Source: a virus
Length of the DNA stretch: 64,000 nucleotides
Virus record (IMG/VR): IMGVR_UViG_3300032086_003519
Span: 1-64,000 of that record
Strand: one strand, 5' to 3'
Shown here: positions 18,963-29,625 of the stretch, piece by piece
Layout: each line of letters begins with the position of its first letter
How positions within the stretch are numbered: the first letter of the stretch is position 1
The notes under the pieces: generated by a model
What the model saw: only the letters and a program-made list of their open reading frames with translations
What the model was told of the DNA's origin: nothing
The model's database searches: none
Program-made: the position numbers and the translations under genes

Positions 18963-19732
18963 CAAGAAATCTCCAGTTCTATAAGTCTCTTTGACTTCGG
19001 AGGAAATTTGGTAGCCACTTGCTTTACTACTGGCTGGACCATTTCCCAAAGTCTATTCTCAACACCCCTAGTAAAGCTGGGGCACAAATACTTAACTCTA
19101 ATAACACAGTATCCATTTTTAATCATGATACCGTTCTTAATTGCATCGTGCTTGACATACTCTCGCAGATGCTTTTCACCAAATACGGGCATAAAATGTT
19201 GTGGCCCGTCTATCTCTATAATAGTATCAATATCAGGAAGATACAAGTCCATTTCATATTTTTCTCCACTTATCAAGCCTTTTTTATGTAGCTCAACAGT
19301 GTAACCTATGTTCTTCAGGTTTTCAAACAAACTTCTCTCCGCCTTAGACCCATCTCTAATTGTATCTCTCAGAGCCTCGCTGCCCTTTCTTTGTATCTCT
19401 TTTCTTTCAGCCTCACTCAGGCTTTCCCAGTGTTTCTTAGCCATTGCGCTACGTCGATTTCTTTCTTCTTCAGACATTGAGTCCCAATGCTTCTCTAAAG
19501 AGTTACTAATCTTGTCCTTGGCTTCTTCACTTCTTTTCTTGCCTTTTGTTGGATGCACAGCACTGCCATTCTCAAGAGCTTGTTTCTGTGCCTGACTTTT
19601 GCTACGTATCTCAACACCATTTGACAACAACACTCTCCTAATTTTATTAGGATAAGTATTATATCTTTCTGCAATAGCTTTGGTGCTCAGTTTTTCTTCC
19701 ACGTAAAGTTCTATGATTTTGCTGGCGTCCAT
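18962..19732 (-). CDS. free-standing putative homing endonuclease (HTH + NUMOD3-like repeats + Vsr/DUF559-like nuclease)
   Basis: N-terminal HTH, then 'KGKKRSEEAKDKIS', then 'DLYLPD..IIEIDGPQHF...D..K'. Confidence 0.65.
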   Translation of the reverse strand: MDASKIIELYVEEKLSTKAIAERYNTYPNKIRRVLLSNGVEIRSKSQAQKQALENGSAVHPTKGKKRSEEAKDKISNSLEKHWDSMSEEERNRRSAMAKKHWESLSEAERKEIQRKGSEALRDTIRDGSKAERSLFENLKNIGYTVELHKKGLISGEKYEMDLYLPDIDTIIEIDGPQHFMPVFGEKHLREYVKHDAIKNGIMIKNGYCVIRVKYLCPSFTRGVENRLWEMVQPVVKQVATKFPPKSKRLIELEIS

Positions 19733-20184
19733 ACTAACTCCTCTAACTGTTCCATGTTCCAATTATCTACAATACCCAAAACTTCTCGGTTAGCGTACTT
19801 CTCAATCAAGTCTTTATGGTATTGACTTCTTGCGATCAGTTGTATATTTTCATCTCTCATAATTTGTATAACGTCTGTAAATACGAGAGGGTTTCTTAGC
19901 CATTCTAAGTCCCAGACATAAAAGAATTTATCGGAACTGTTCTGTGTCTTTAACATCAGGTTCGCCGTTTCTACGCTGTTCGCTACTGTGACACCATAGT
20001 AATTAGCATAATAAGAAATGTTCATCACAGAGAAGAAAGGCTTCAGCACAGGTGGTGCTAGATTATTATAGAAGCAAACTGGCGAATATTCTACATCCTT
20101 TACCAGCTTGTTAAACTCTTTTATCAAATAAAAACTAGATTGTGTTGGCCCTAAATTATCGACAACCGCAGCAATTCTCTTCAT
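19711..20184 (-). CDS. hypothetical protein, glycosyltransferase-like fragment
   Basis: Rossmann-like start; FFYVWDLEW motif; last gene of the glycosylation island. Confidence 0.45.
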   Translation of the reverse strand: MKRIAAVVDNLGPTQSSFYLIKEFNKLVKDVEYSPVCFYNNLAPPVLKPFFSVMNISYYANYYGVTVANSVETANLMLKTQNSSDKFFYVWDLEWLRNPLVFTDVIQIMRDENIQLIARSQYHKDLIEKYANREVLGIVDNWNMEQLEELVWTPAKS

Positions 20185-20947
20185 CTTTTATCAAATTCTC
20201 CCAATACTTAAAAGACAGTTTTCGCTCATCATATATAATATTAGGAACTTCCTCAACAAATTGCACAAGTTTTTTATTAGTTATTTCTTGCCAATCATCA
20301 ACAAATAATATAGGTAATTCTGAAAGACATCCATGAGTGAGGTGTCTCTGCACTATAGGTATGCAGCCCATATAAAGAGCTTCCCATATTCTGTGAGTGT
20401 CTACACCATTTCCTCTGGGGCAAATACAAAATGCATAGTTTGATAGATTACGAATATATACATCAAAGCCTTGACCATTAATAGATGGAGCAAAGTCTGC
20501 GTCTACTTTGCCGCTCACTATGAGGTTCATCAAGTCTACTCTGGATTCATGTGTTGATGGATTAAATTGAGTAAAGGCTCGCAGTAATCTTTTCTTTGGT
20601 TTCTCCGATTTAATAATTATATCACGTTTAGCTGGGTGCCAATGTGAATTCTCTAAACCTATCGGTATTGGAAATGTTCTACTCGATGGCGTACACAAAT
20701 TTTGAGCATACCAACAGATTAGATTTTTAGGCAGTAGGTTACTCATTAATTGCACTTCTGTGTCACCGTTATGTGTCACAAGTTTGAACCCTACGTCTGG
20801 ATTTGCTTCTATAAACACTAAGGCTTGTAGATATTTATCTGAAGGAGCGTACATAATCAACTCCTTCTTGTTGGGCATCTCTTGACCAAGCTCAAAATCG
20901 CAGATAGACTTAAAGCTGTCGCCATCAACAAAATCTACAGTGTACAT
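20156..20947 (-). CDS. exostosin/GT47-like glycosyltransferase
   Basis: FCICPRGNGVDTHRIWEALYMGCIPIV. Confidence 0.75.
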   Translation of the reverse strand: MYTVDFVDGDSFKSICDFELGQEMPNKKELIMYAPSDKYLQALVFIEANPDVGFKLVTHNGDTEVQLMSNLLPKNLICWYAQNLCTPSSRTFPIPIGLENSHWHPAKRDIIIKSEKPKKRLLRAFTQFNPSTHESRVDLMNLIVSGKVDADFAPSINGQGFDVYIRNLSNYAFCICPRGNGVDTHRIWEALYMGCIPIVQRHLTHGCLSELPILFVDDWQEITNKKLVQFVEEVPNIIYDERKLSFKYWENLIKDEENCCGCR

Positions 20948-21618
20948 TCATAAACTCCAGCAGTGCTAAGTTGTCCAGCAGTGTAAGGAACAGTATGCCA
21001 TACCTTTAGATTGTTTACTTTGAAGTGATAGTTTAGTTCCCAATCTATTGATGTGCATATGGTAGTGAAGGTGGATAAAACTTTTTTCGCAGCTTCCTTT
21101 GTTATGATATAAGATGAAGTGCAGTTAGTCGCTGGGTGGTCAACTAATATAAAGTCTTTGTATTTCGCAGCCACTCTGCTGGCTACTAAGTTGTGGTCAA
21201 AACCTCCACCAAAGAATATAGCATCCCATTTGGCTCCCTTGATTTGTTTAGTATAATTTTCAATTCCTTTTTTGTCTATGTTGAGAACTACATCATCTTC
21301 TAGAAAAACTCCATAGTCAAAATCTGAAGCCACTAAGTCTTCCATGCACTTGATATGTTTGATACACAAGGAAATGCCACCCAAAGTCACTCCTTGATAA
21401 CCCTCGTAATCCACCTCTGGATACATCCCAGATGTCCTCTCCTTAAACTTAGATAAATCAGGGGTATAATACTGCCCCAAAATTTCATCATTTAATTCGT
21501 CCTTATCATAGTCAAGATACCAGACAGGATCAATGCCAGTTTGTTCTAGCAAAGGGATCAGATTAGCTTTTCGCTGCTCATTTTTCTTGTAGTGCATTAC
21601 ATAAAATTGTGTTTTCAT
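20935..21618 (-). CDS. GT25-like glycosyltransferase
   Basis: Motifs N..RK, SLCIKH, VFLEDDV, SYIITKEAAKK, IDW. Confidence 0.7.
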   Translation of the reverse strand: MKTQFYVMHYKKNEQRKANLIPLLEQTGIDPVWYLDYDKDELNDEILGQYYTPDLSKFKERTSGMYPEVDYEGYQGVTLGGISLCIKHIKCMEDLVASDFDYGVFLEDDVVLNIDKKGIENYTKQIKGAKWDAIFFGGGFDHNLVASRVAAKYKDFILVDHPATNCTSSYIITKEAAKKVLSTFTTICTSIDWELNYHFKVNNLKVWHTVPYTAGQLSTAGVYECTL

Positions 21619-22427
21619 TTTAACCTCTTCGCCATATAAGAAGCTAAGCCTTTAGGTGAACAGAAATGCTCATACCACATGCGGCTAGCTTTTGAATAAT
21701 ATTCCATCTCTTCTGGGCTCGCCAATATCTTATCTACAATATTTGTAAGATTTGACCATGAATTATCTACAATAATATTAGGGGCGACATTGTACATTGG
21801 CACAAAAGGCATCTGCTGACTAATTATGACACATCCAGCTTGAGCAGCTTCAAAAAATCTAAAGCTTTCATAACTTGCAGAGCCAGTCGGCACGAGCGCT
21901 ATTTTTGTATTGTTCATTACACTACAGTAGTCGTCAATTGGTTCGCCGTTATTCCAACCATTGTACCACAAAACTTTTGACTGATGTCCAGCACCCTCTA
22001 GTTCAGAGACAGAATTCTTAAAATGAACTCTGGAATATGGATCAAACTGACCCATCCATGACCAGTCATATTTTCTGTCACTTATGTTTATGTCTTGGTC
22101 TACAAAGCCTTCTAGCGAACACAGAGGCAGAGGGCTGACCTTTTCAGTCTTAAGCACCGATACTGGATTCTTCATATCTGCCATTGGTGCATATTGCTTG
22201 AATATATGAACATACGAATCATCATCCGCTTCTGCTGGCATTGCGTGTACTTCATCTGATGTTGATATGAATACCTTTGGGTATTTTGCCTCAATGGGTT
22301 TGTCATGGTTCCAAACTTGAATTATAAAAGAGTAGTCCTCTTCTAATTCTTCGTAAAGTATTTCGGCAGCCTTTTGGTATACGTAAGTGTCTGGGTTCTT
22401 GCTGGCATAGTTAATGATTTCCGACAT
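21615..22427 (-). CDS. exostosin-like/GT-B glycosyltransferase
   Basis: KIALVPTG...ESFRFFEAAQAGC. Confidence 0.65.
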   Translation of the reverse strand: MSEIINYASKNPDTYVYQKAAEILYEELEEDYSFIIQVWNHDKPIEAKYPKVFISTSDEVHAMPAEADDDSYVHIFKQYAPMADMKNPVSVLKTEKVSPLPLCSLEGFVDQDINISDRKYDWSWMGQFDPYSRVHFKNSVSELEGAGHQSKVLWYNGWNNGEPIDDYCSVMNNTKIALVPTGSASYESFRFFEAAQAGCVIISQQMPFVPMYNVAPNIIVDNSWSNLTNIVDKILASPEEMEYYSKASRMWYEHFCSPKGLASYMAKRLK

Positions 22428-23287
22428 TACACAAACCTTTCTAGGTTTTTGCTATGGACATGCAGATTGAATATTGGGAAACGTTCGCCATCCATTCTTA
22501 TCACATAGGGGCGATCAGTAAATTCCGCATTTATTTCTTCTGCCAGCATTGCAGAGCCAATCATATGTTTTTGGTCAATGAACCCTGAACCATGGCCATT
22601 ATTTGTGCCTCCTAAATACTGCCCATATGAACCCGGATCAAATATATAATGATGGTCTTCATTAAAGTTAGGGATTGTTGGTAGCGGGCAAAACATATTA
22701 TTTACATGTGCTACGTGCAGCAATGACATTTCACTCACATGGTCAAAACCGAAGTTTTGCATTAACCATTGCTCTCCCTTTTCTAGTAGTTGATTAAAGA
22801 AGAGACACATATGTCTTGTGTGTTGTGGTGTAGGAATATGAGCAAAGGCAAACGTCACCTGATCCACAGACATGGGAGTCAGGCTCAATAACGGATGCGT
22901 AGGGACATCTCTAAGATCGCCATAAACTAGAACATCGTTCTCAAAATGAAACGCATCATAGATTCGCTCTCTATTCAGATATTCATCTAGATAGTAAAGT
23001 CTTTCGCAAGTTCTGTGCCAGAAAAGTTCTGGACTAGGATACGAAGTGTTTGGCGTACCATGCCTACGAAAGTCACATACATTATTGAACTCTTTGAGGA
23101 CATCGCCGTCAGACAGCTCGTCTTGAGGAACCCAATTAACATCAAACTCCTCAAATATAGGTTGGTCATCTTTACAGATAAAATCCAGCTCAACATCTGG
23201 GTTGGTTTTTCTTGCTTTTTGAATTGAAAATCTAACGTAATCTGGTAAAGCTCCGCCGTCAGATATAAAAGTATTTACTATTTTCAT
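22427..23287 (-). CDS. putative GT-A-fold glycosyltransferase
   Basis: Motifs FW..T.ER, HFENDVLVY, FDPGSYGQYLGG, NLHVHSK; island context. Confidence 0.55.
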   Translation of the reverse strand: MKIVNTFISDGGALPDYVRFSIQKARKTNPDVELDFICKDDQPIFEEFDVNWVPQDELSDGDVLKEFNNVCDFRRHGTPNTSYPSPELFWHRTCERLYYLDEYLNRERIYDAFHFENDVLVYGDLRDVPTHPLLSLTPMSVDQVTFAFAHIPTPQHTRHMCLFFNQLLEKGEQWLMQNFGFDHVSEMSLLHVAHVNNMFCPLPTIPNFNEDHHYIFDPGSYGQYLGGTNNGHGSGFIDQKHMIGSAMLAEEINAEFTDRPYVIRMDGERFPIFNLHVHSKNLERFV

Positions 23288-23289
23288 AT

Positions 23290-24009
23290 TTAAGTCCAAG
23301 TGTGAATTGTGAACAGGTCTACATCAGTAGCACCTTCATACATGTTTATTGCAGCTCTAATTTCTTCATGTGACCATTGTTTGTATTGCCCATGAGTCTT
23401 TGTTTTAGTGTGAGTGTGATTGTACATTTGAGGATGTGTTTTTGCTACATAGTTCCCATAGGTTTCAAACTCAGAGAACAAATATTCTTCGTTCACCAAA
23501 ATTTCATTGAGATCATTTACAAACGTCTTCAGATCTGGTAGCATTTCTCGACACACATTTTTATCGAACAGCATAAAGTCATTTATGTAAGTATGATTGA
23601 CTTGTCTACCAAAGCCGAAGTAAATTTCCATTAAGCTAAAGTATGGGATATGGTGTTGATCCCTGTCGCTAATAAAGAAGTTTGGCTTACCTCCAGCAAA
23701 GACATCAATAGGGCGATTGAAAATTAGATCAGAATCTATGCACATGTAAAGATCATTTCTAGTTACATCCTGAAAAGTCTTTATAAGTTGCTGATAGATC
23801 CAGTTAGGTCTAGTGAATTTTACTTCGCTTATATCTAAGTCGATAACCTCTGAATCCGTTAGACATATAAAATCATCTGATACTGCATGGTCAGGCGTTA
23901 CCAAAAATATGTCGTGAGGCATTGGATTTAACCACTTCATTGACTCAAGACAGTAGTTGATTTTAGTATAATCTTTTGGGTGTGATAATATAATTGCGTC
24001 GTATTTCAT
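23290..24009 (-). CDS. DUF6492-like nucleotide-diphospho-sugar transferase
   Basis: Motifs HPKD, WIYQQLIK, IDSD (DxD), FSEFETYGNY. Confidence 0.65.
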   Translation of the reverse strand: MKYDAIILSHPKDYTKINYCLESMKWLNPMPHDIFLVTPDHAVSDDFICLTDSEVIDLDISEVKFTRPNWIYQQLIKTFQDVTRNDLYMCIDSDLIFNRPIDVFAGGKPNFFISDRDQHHIPYFSLMEIYFGFGRQVNHTYINDFMLFDKNVCREMLPDLKTFVNDLNEILVNEEYLFSEFETYGNYVAKTHPQMYNHTHTKTKTHGQYKQWSHEEIRAAINMYEGATDVDLFTIHTWT

Positions 24010-24903
24010 TTATATTCCTTGTAATATATCAAGCTCTTGATGCGGACAAACAATCTGTTCAAAGTCTATACTCTCAAGAGAAAGGCGTTTACCTTCCTCA
24101 TATTCATCTCTTAAGTCCAGCGCTACATAACTGTAGTTATCTCCATTCCTATTCTTTATTTGGTTTTGAACCCTATTGTTCGGAGAATTGACAACACAGC
24201 TATATTCAGGGCAAGCCATTAAAGCTGGAAGATCAAAGAAATACATTTGTAGCTTAGTCTCAAACTCATTCGGTGTTTGCTTCCACGCATATTTTGCTCT
24301 AGGTACTCCTATGTTAGAGTAGTGTTTCTCCAATACGCAAAGTTCGGTGCAAAATCTTAATAGCCTGTCCTTCTGGAATATATGCGCATCAACAGAAAGT
24401 GGATATGCCCAGTATCCTCCTACAGGAATGGATGTTCTATTCCAGACTAACAGGTTCCCTAAAGATCCTACCTGCTCCGGCAAAGCATCTTGTCTCAAAA
24501 CACCATCGCCATAATCCCTCATGACCGTGTTTTTGCCTAACCTTAAAGATATGCAGGAAACTTGGCTTTCAAATGCCAGATCAATATCTTCTTCTGTCAG
24601 AGATAGTTCTCTGTAAACAATGTCATCATCGGTGAAAAAACAAACGTACTCGTCTAGCGAAGTATCAACAAGCTTTTTTATGTCGCTGAATATACTCGCA
24701 GACTGTCTAACAAAGTTGACATCCTGATGCTCTTTAATTAGAGTTTCATATGAATTTTCATGCTCCTTAGATGTAGTATACAAAACATCAATACGATGAA
24801 TTGGATATCCGTACTGTGTGCATGGTATGCGAGATTTTATACTATTTAGAGTTAGATCTAACTGAAGCGCTCTATCTTTGCTAAATACGATTGAGGTAAA
24901 CAT
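24010..24903 (-). CDS. GT2-like glycosyltransferase
   Basis: Motifs VFSKDRALQL, FFTDDD, SLRLG, YPLSVDAHIF. Confidence 0.6.
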   Translation of the reverse strand: MFTSIVFSKDRALQLDLTLNSIKSRIPCTQYGYPIHRIDVLYTTSKEHENSYETLIKEHQDVNFVRQSASIFSDIKKLVDTSLDEYVCFFTDDDIVYRELSLTEEDIDLAFESQVSCISLRLGKNTVMRDYGDGVLRQDALPEQVGSLGNLLVWNRTSIPVGGYWAYPLSVDAHIFQKDRLLRFCTELCVLEKHYSNIGVPRAKYAWKQTPNEFETKLQMYFFDLPALMACPEYSCVVNSPNNRVQNQIKNRNGDNYSYVALDLRDEYEEGKRLSLESIDFEQIVCPHQELDILQGI

Positions 24904-25837
24904 CAAACTGCTCCCTGTTTTCATTGAACCAGTTTACCGTCATTTCTAGACCGTCTAGCAGATCGTACTTAGGCTCATAACCAAGTCTTTCTCTAGCTCG
25001 ACCGATGTCTAGTTGTCTTCTAGGTTGTCCGTCTGGATAGTCTGAATTAAAGTATATAGCTCCATTGTACCCCATAACTTCTGCGATTGAATGAGCCAAG
25101 TATTTAATCTTTATTTCTCCGCCTGTTCCAATATTGATCGGCTCTGGAGATACATCTGTTTCCAGTGCTAACCTAAACGCATCCGCACAATCATATACAT
25201 GTAGGAACTCTCTACTAGCTTCTCCTGTGCCCCAAACCTCTACAGCGTCTAAGTCAAACTTCATTGCCTTGTAAAACTTAAGGATAAGCGCCGGTATGAC
25301 ATGACTAATAGCAGGGTCGAAGTTGTCTTCAGGCCCATACATGTTTACGGGAACCAAGTTGACAGCATTAAAATCATACTGTTGATTATAAGCTACCAAC
25401 AGCTGAGATAAAGTCTTTTTTGCGATTCCATACGGTGCGTTGGTTTCTTCGGGAAATCCTTTCCAGATGTCTTCTTCTTTGAATGGGACTTCTGTGAATT
25501 TGGGGTACGCACAAACAGTTCCAGCCATTACAAACTTGGAGACTTTGCTTAACCTTGATTGCTCGATAGTATTTAATCCCATTGCAAGATTATTATAAAA
25601 GAACAATCCGGGATTTTGTCTGTTCGCTTCAATTCCTCCAACAGTAGCTGCGAGGTGGATCACCGCCTTCGGTTCAAACTTATCGAAGGCTAACTTTGTG
25701 TCTTCTGCGCTCGTCAGGTCGAAGGAACTTCCGATAGCATGGACATTCTCGTAGCCATTATCTTTAAGATTAGCGACAACCGCTTTACCAAGAAAGCCAG
25801 TACCGCCTGTGACTAAAACCGATTCGTTTTTATACAT
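24881..25837 (-). CDS. fcl: GDP-L-fucose synthase family epimerase/reductase (Fcl/WcaG/ColC)
   Basis: Motifs VTGGTGFLG, HLAATVGGI, CAYPK, YGIAK, NMYGP.DNF, VWGTG...REFLHV, DGQPRR. Confidence 0.9.
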   Translation of the reverse strand: MYKNESVLVTGGTGFLGKAVVANLKDNGYENVHAIGSSFDLTSAEDTKLAFDKFEPKAVIHLAATVGGIEANRQNPGLFFYNNLAMGLNTIEQSRLSKVSKFVMAGTVCAYPKFTEVPFKEEDIWKGFPEETNAPYGIAKKTLSQLLVAYNQQYDFNAVNLVPVNMYGPEDNFDPAISHVIPALILKFYKAMKFDLDAVEVWGTGEASREFLHVYDCADAFRLALETDVSPEPINIGTGGEIKIKYLAHSIAEVMGYNGAIYFNSDYPDGQPRRQLDIGRARERLGYEPKYDLLDGLEMTVNWFNENREQFDVYLNRI

Positions 25838-26873
25838 TTATTTGACTCCTAGTTTTATTCCAACCAGTTATTATATTCTCTGCTTCTTGTTCACATCCGA
25901 AGTATCTAAGTATGTCAGCAATTCTATGGAAGTTAGTGTGTGTACTCAACAAAAACTCTTGACCCTGCTTTGCTAGCTGAGTTCTTTCGTCTTCGTTATT
26001 TAGATAATAGTCTATCTTGTCTCTAAAGTCTTGTGGGCTATCCGCAAAGACTACACCATTTCCATTGAATATTTTTGCAATAGATGTTACATTATCGGAG
26101 ATACAAAAGCCTCCTGCACACAAAATCTTAAAACATCTCTCATTTATGTCGAAGCCATAATGGTGAGCATGAGGTTCACTAAGGTTCGGACAAACCTTCG
26201 CGGAGACAAAAAGGTCTTTTACTTTCGCATCTTGTATAACTCCACAATATTGATTAATGTGCCAAGGTTGATTCCCAAACACTTTAATATTATAATTATG
26301 AACAGGGAAACACATCGGTGTTAGATATTGATCTATCACAACACCTTTATATGGCCAGTAGCCACCAACAAATCCAATATCACAGGCCAATGACTCATCA
26401 TACTTGCCTCCAAGATATTCTTGCACATCACCGCACATAATTAGAGACTTAGCATCTATGCCTATCTCTGCATACTTTGAATGTGTTTGGTCAACAGCTT
26501 CTTGGTCGTAGTGAATATGCACAAAATCTGGTTTGCCAGTCTCTTCTTTTAGCTTGGCTAATAATTGTATTTCTTGTTCAGTAGCATAAAGAACATTGAA
26601 CCTTTGGTCTTGTTCAAAGTCTCCCCAATCTCCAGCACGAAGACCTACCTTTAGGTGCGGTCTTTCATAAATGCACTTGATCAGATCTGACGTAAGATTA
26701 TATGCTTGCCCTAAGAACATATCTGGCTCAAACAAATCGAACGCATCGAAAGCTGACATATTCTTGCAGTCCCAAAATTGTGCCCTGATACCTACAGCAT
26801 TAAATGCTTTTAACCAAGACATTCTTTGAAAATAGTGGGCGTGCATGCCATCACTAGATATTAAAATTTTCAT
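25830..26873 (-). CDS. CgeB-like/GT-B glycosyltransferase
   Basis: Motifs DIGFVG, NERCFKILCAGGF, ER..LA..G...HT..HR. Confidence 0.7.
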   Translation of the reverse strand: MKILISSDGMHAHYFQRMSWLKAFNAVGIRAQFWDCKNMSAFDAFDLFEPDMFLGQAYNLTSDLIKCIYERPHLKVGLRAGDWGDFEQDQRFNVLYATEQEIQLLAKLKEETGKPDFVHIHYDQEAVDQTHSKYAEIGIDAKSLIMCGDVQEYLGGKYDESLACDIGFVGGYWPYKGVVIDQYLTPMCFPVHNYNIKVFGNQPWHINQYCGVIQDAKVKDLFVSAKVCPNLSEPHAHHYGFDINERCFKILCAGGFCISDNVTSIAKIFNGNGVVFADSPQDFRDKIDYYLNNEDERTQLAKQGQEFLLSTHTNFHRIADILRYFGCEQEAENIITGWNKTRSQINV

Positions 26874-27561
26874 TCTTTAAGTCTTTCATACAATCTATTT
26901 CTAATACTGAAATTTTATCTGGCTCAATAACTTTGATATTGCCGCCTTTACTTATTATAAGATTAAGCACCTCAAAAGTCAACATATTTCTTGTTTCTTC
27001 TGAATGTTTTAGGAATATCTGCCTCAATAATTTTAACTCTTTTCCGCACAAGTATACTATTTGACACCACTTTAAGTTCAAACCATGAGAGAAGATCGTC
27101 GCTTTATTTTTTACTTGGGTGATTCCAACTTCTCTATCTTGCATCGTGCTTTGTGAAGCCAAAGCAAAAGATCTGCTGTAGTCTAAGTCTCTTATTGCTT
27201 CTTGTCCAAAATACAAATCTCCATGAAAGAAGAGTATGCTGTCAGAGTCTGAGTTATTTGTGATGAGTCGCATTGTTTCTGCAGAGCCTGTAGTTTCGTA
27301 CAACTGGTTCTCGACATATCTCACACCAGAACTTAGTCTTTTGATAACCTTGTTCGCATCTACTCCAAGGCCAACCACAATCTCTGGTTCTGAGAAGACA
27401 TTCCTAGCCGTAGAAATCTGATGTTCAAGCAGCATTTTATTGCCGATCTTCAGTAAAGATCGTGGCTCATTAGATTTAATTCTATTTCCTACGCCAGCAG
27501 AAAGTATGCCAACAGTTGTAGTGATAGAATCTTTCCTAATTTTTTGAGTAAATCTGTTCAT
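26854..27561 (-). CDS. NTP transferase (LicC/sugar-phosphate nucleotidyltransferase-like)
   Basis: Motifs ILSAGVGNR...PRSLLKI, FFHGDL, EID. Confidence 0.7.
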   Translation of the reverse strand: MNRFTQKIRKDSITTTVGILSAGVGNRIKSNEPRSLLKIGNKMLLEHQISTARNVFSEPEIVVGLGVDANKVIKRLSSGVRYVENQLYETTGSAETMRLITNNSDSDSILFFHGDLYFGQEAIRDLDYSRSFALASQSTMQDREVGITQVKNKATIFSHGLNLKWCQIVYLCGKELKLLRQIFLKHSEETRNMLTFEVLNLIISKGGNIKVIEPDKISVLEIDCMKDLKNENFNI

Positions 27562-28372
27562 TACGCTTTCTTATCTTCTCGGCATTATTTTGAAATATCT
27601 CTGCTGTCATCTTCATTGATTGGTTCAGTCCTGTTTCTCTCACATAAGATAGAGGTTCTGGCAGATGAGAAATCATACAAACGTTTGATAATCTTAGCCA
27701 TAGATCATAATCTTCTGTACAGCCTATGAAGCCTTGACTTCCGGGCCCATGAAGATCACTATCATAGAACTCTCTGTTCTCCAACATGATTTTCGACAGG
27801 TAGGATTTTTTAATCAGTCCTGCGCTATGAACTATGCACTGCCGTTCTAGCTCAAACTTAGAGTATGGATACTTGTACTCGTATGTTTCATAATCGTTAT
27901 AGCCATAAGACTTGTGAATCACATAATCTGAATATGTGACACCAATTTCTTCATGCTCCATTAGCTTTTCTACCTGCTTACTAACTTTACTAGGATGGTA
28001 AAGGTCATCGGCATCAAGAATAGCAAAAACATCAGCCCAGTTCCAAGCTTCCCAAATCGCTACGTTTCTAGCGGTACTGGCACCTGAGTTAGTAATGTGA
28101 TAGCACCACAACCCCAAGTCGCTGCATTGGAACAACTTCATATCTCCAGTATAATATGCCTCACTAACAGGATGCGTATCGGTAATAGAAGATATGTCTT
28201 CCGATGCGTAATTTAGAAGTTTATCATAAGAGCCATCAGGTGAGCCATCATCAACCACGTAAACACGTAGCTGACCTTTGTAGTCTTGCTCTAAAGCGCT
28301 CGCTATAGCATCTAAAACATAATCGCCATAATTATAGTTAGTAATTATAACAGCTACATTAGGCAGATTCAT
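27536..28372 (-). CDS. GT2 glycosyltransferase
   Basis: Motifs VIITNYNY..Y...AI.SAL.Q, VVDDGS, ARN, LDADD, EDYDLWLR. Confidence 0.9.
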   Translation of the reverse strand: MNLPNVAVIITNYNYGDYVLDAIASALEQDYKGQLRVYVVDDGSPDGSYDKLLNYASEDISSITDTHPVSEAYYTGDMKLFQCSDLGLWCYHITNSGASTARNVAIWEAWNWADVFAILDADDLYHPSKVSKQVEKLMEHEEIGVTYSDYVIHKSYGYNDYETYEYKYPYSKFELERQCIVHSAGLIKKSYLSKIMLENREFYDSDLHGPGSQGFIGCTEDYDLWLRLSNVCMISHLPEPLSYVRETGLNQSMKMTAEIFQNNAEKIRKRNEQIYSKN

Positions 28373-29198
28373 CTATAAAGTCCTCCCAAGAAATAATTGT
28401 ATCTGGGTCTGACGTATTCATACCTTCAACTTTTTCAACAAAGCTAAGAGTCATGTCTTCTCCTGTCTCTTTGTGTTGCAGCTTTCTACTGCCATCTAGA
28501 AACTTATATATAGCCGTTTGGAATATCATGCCATTCAAATCATCATACGGCTTGACTAATACAAGTCTCTTCATGTCTATGTTTATTCTGTCATTGATTT
28601 TCTCTAGAAGATCACGTCTCACATTTTCTCCGCTAGTCGTAACATACGCCCAACCATTCTTAGCATGTCTAAAGGCTTCGTCCAATAGGAAGTCATTTTT
28701 ACTATCAACTAATGTCTGTACGATGTGGAATTCTGTTTTAATAAACCTGTTCAGTCGTATATCTTCTGCTGTGGTATTATTAAAAGTATTCCTTAACATC
28801 TCGTGTAACTGCTCATTATATTCAACTCTAGAATTAATCAGTGCCACATATCGAGCTTGACCGAAGGTCTGCTCTCTAATGTCTTTCAATGTTGCGCTAA
28901 GTCGATCAAGCATGCCTTCCTCATTATCCAAGAAGACAAAAAAGCCAACTCTTGGAGAGACTTCGTGCATAACAGACTTTATCATATCTTGCCGTTCTTC
29001 ATCAGATAAAATGATCTCCCATTCTTTAGGTCTGTATGTATTGCAAAATCTATTAAAAGTATAGTGATGCTTATCTCCATCCAAAAGTAAATCATTTTTA
29101 GGGTTTAGCTTTTCAGCCCTATTTAACTTACATCCGGTCTGTGTGTTCTTTGTGTATTCTGCAAATACGCAGCCTTTACAACTAGTTTGAACTTGCAT
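28359..29198 (-). CDS. hypothetical protein with N-terminal Cys cluster
   Basis: TSCKGCVFA...GC...FC; overlaps both neighbours. Confidence 0.55.
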   Translation of the reverse strand: MQVQTSCKGCVFAEYTKNTQTGCKLNRAEKLNPKNDLLLDGDKHHYTFNRFCNTYRPKEWEIILSDEERQDMIKSVMHEVSPRVGFFVFLDNEEGMLDRLSATLKDIREQTFGQARYVALINSRVEYNEQLHEMLRNTFNNTTAEDIRLNRFIKTEFHIVQTLVDSKNDFLLDEAFRHAKNGWAYVTTSGENVRRDLLEKINDRINIDMKRLVLVKPYDDLNGMIFQTAIYKFLDGSRKLQHKETGEDMTLSFVEKVEGMNTSDPDTIISWEDFIDESA

Positions 29199-29625
29199 TT
29201 GCGATCCTCCTTGATGTTATAATACTTTGCATTGTTTCATTGTCCAAAGTCTTCTCTTCTATTTTTAGATTGCTCTTCTTAATAATCTCGCTAATAGTTT
29301 CTGTGTTTAGTACACAGCCAATTGAGGGAGAGTCTTCAAATAACAAAGAGTTCATATCAGACAAAGCCATTCCTGTTTTATTATATCTATACGCGAGCAA
29401 GTCGATGTCCTTCTGGTAGATGACTAGCTTCGAGTTTAATCTCATCTTTGAAACTATCTTGTCTAAGATGTAGCCTAGACTTTCAAAATTAAAAGCAGAA
29501 AGAAAGCTATCGACAATTATTTCTGTAGCTTCGTTGTTATCTACAACAGCGTCTAAAGTAGAAAAGTCTTTTACCCATACGTGGCTTTTGCTTTGTGGGT
29601 CTGTGTGTGAAAGTATAATCTTCAT
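29182..29625 (-). CDS. hypothetical protein (possibly a degenerate methyltransferase fold)
   Basis: ORF is translationally coupled to its neighbours; resemblance is weak. Confidence 0.45.
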   Translation of the reverse strand: MKIILSHTDPQSKSHVWVKDFSTLDAVVDNNEATEIIVDSFLSAFNFESLGYILDKIVSKMRLNSKLVIYQKDIDLLAYRYNKTGMALSDMNSLLFEDSPSIGCVLNTETISEIIKKSNLKIEEKTLDNETMQSIITSRRIANASSN

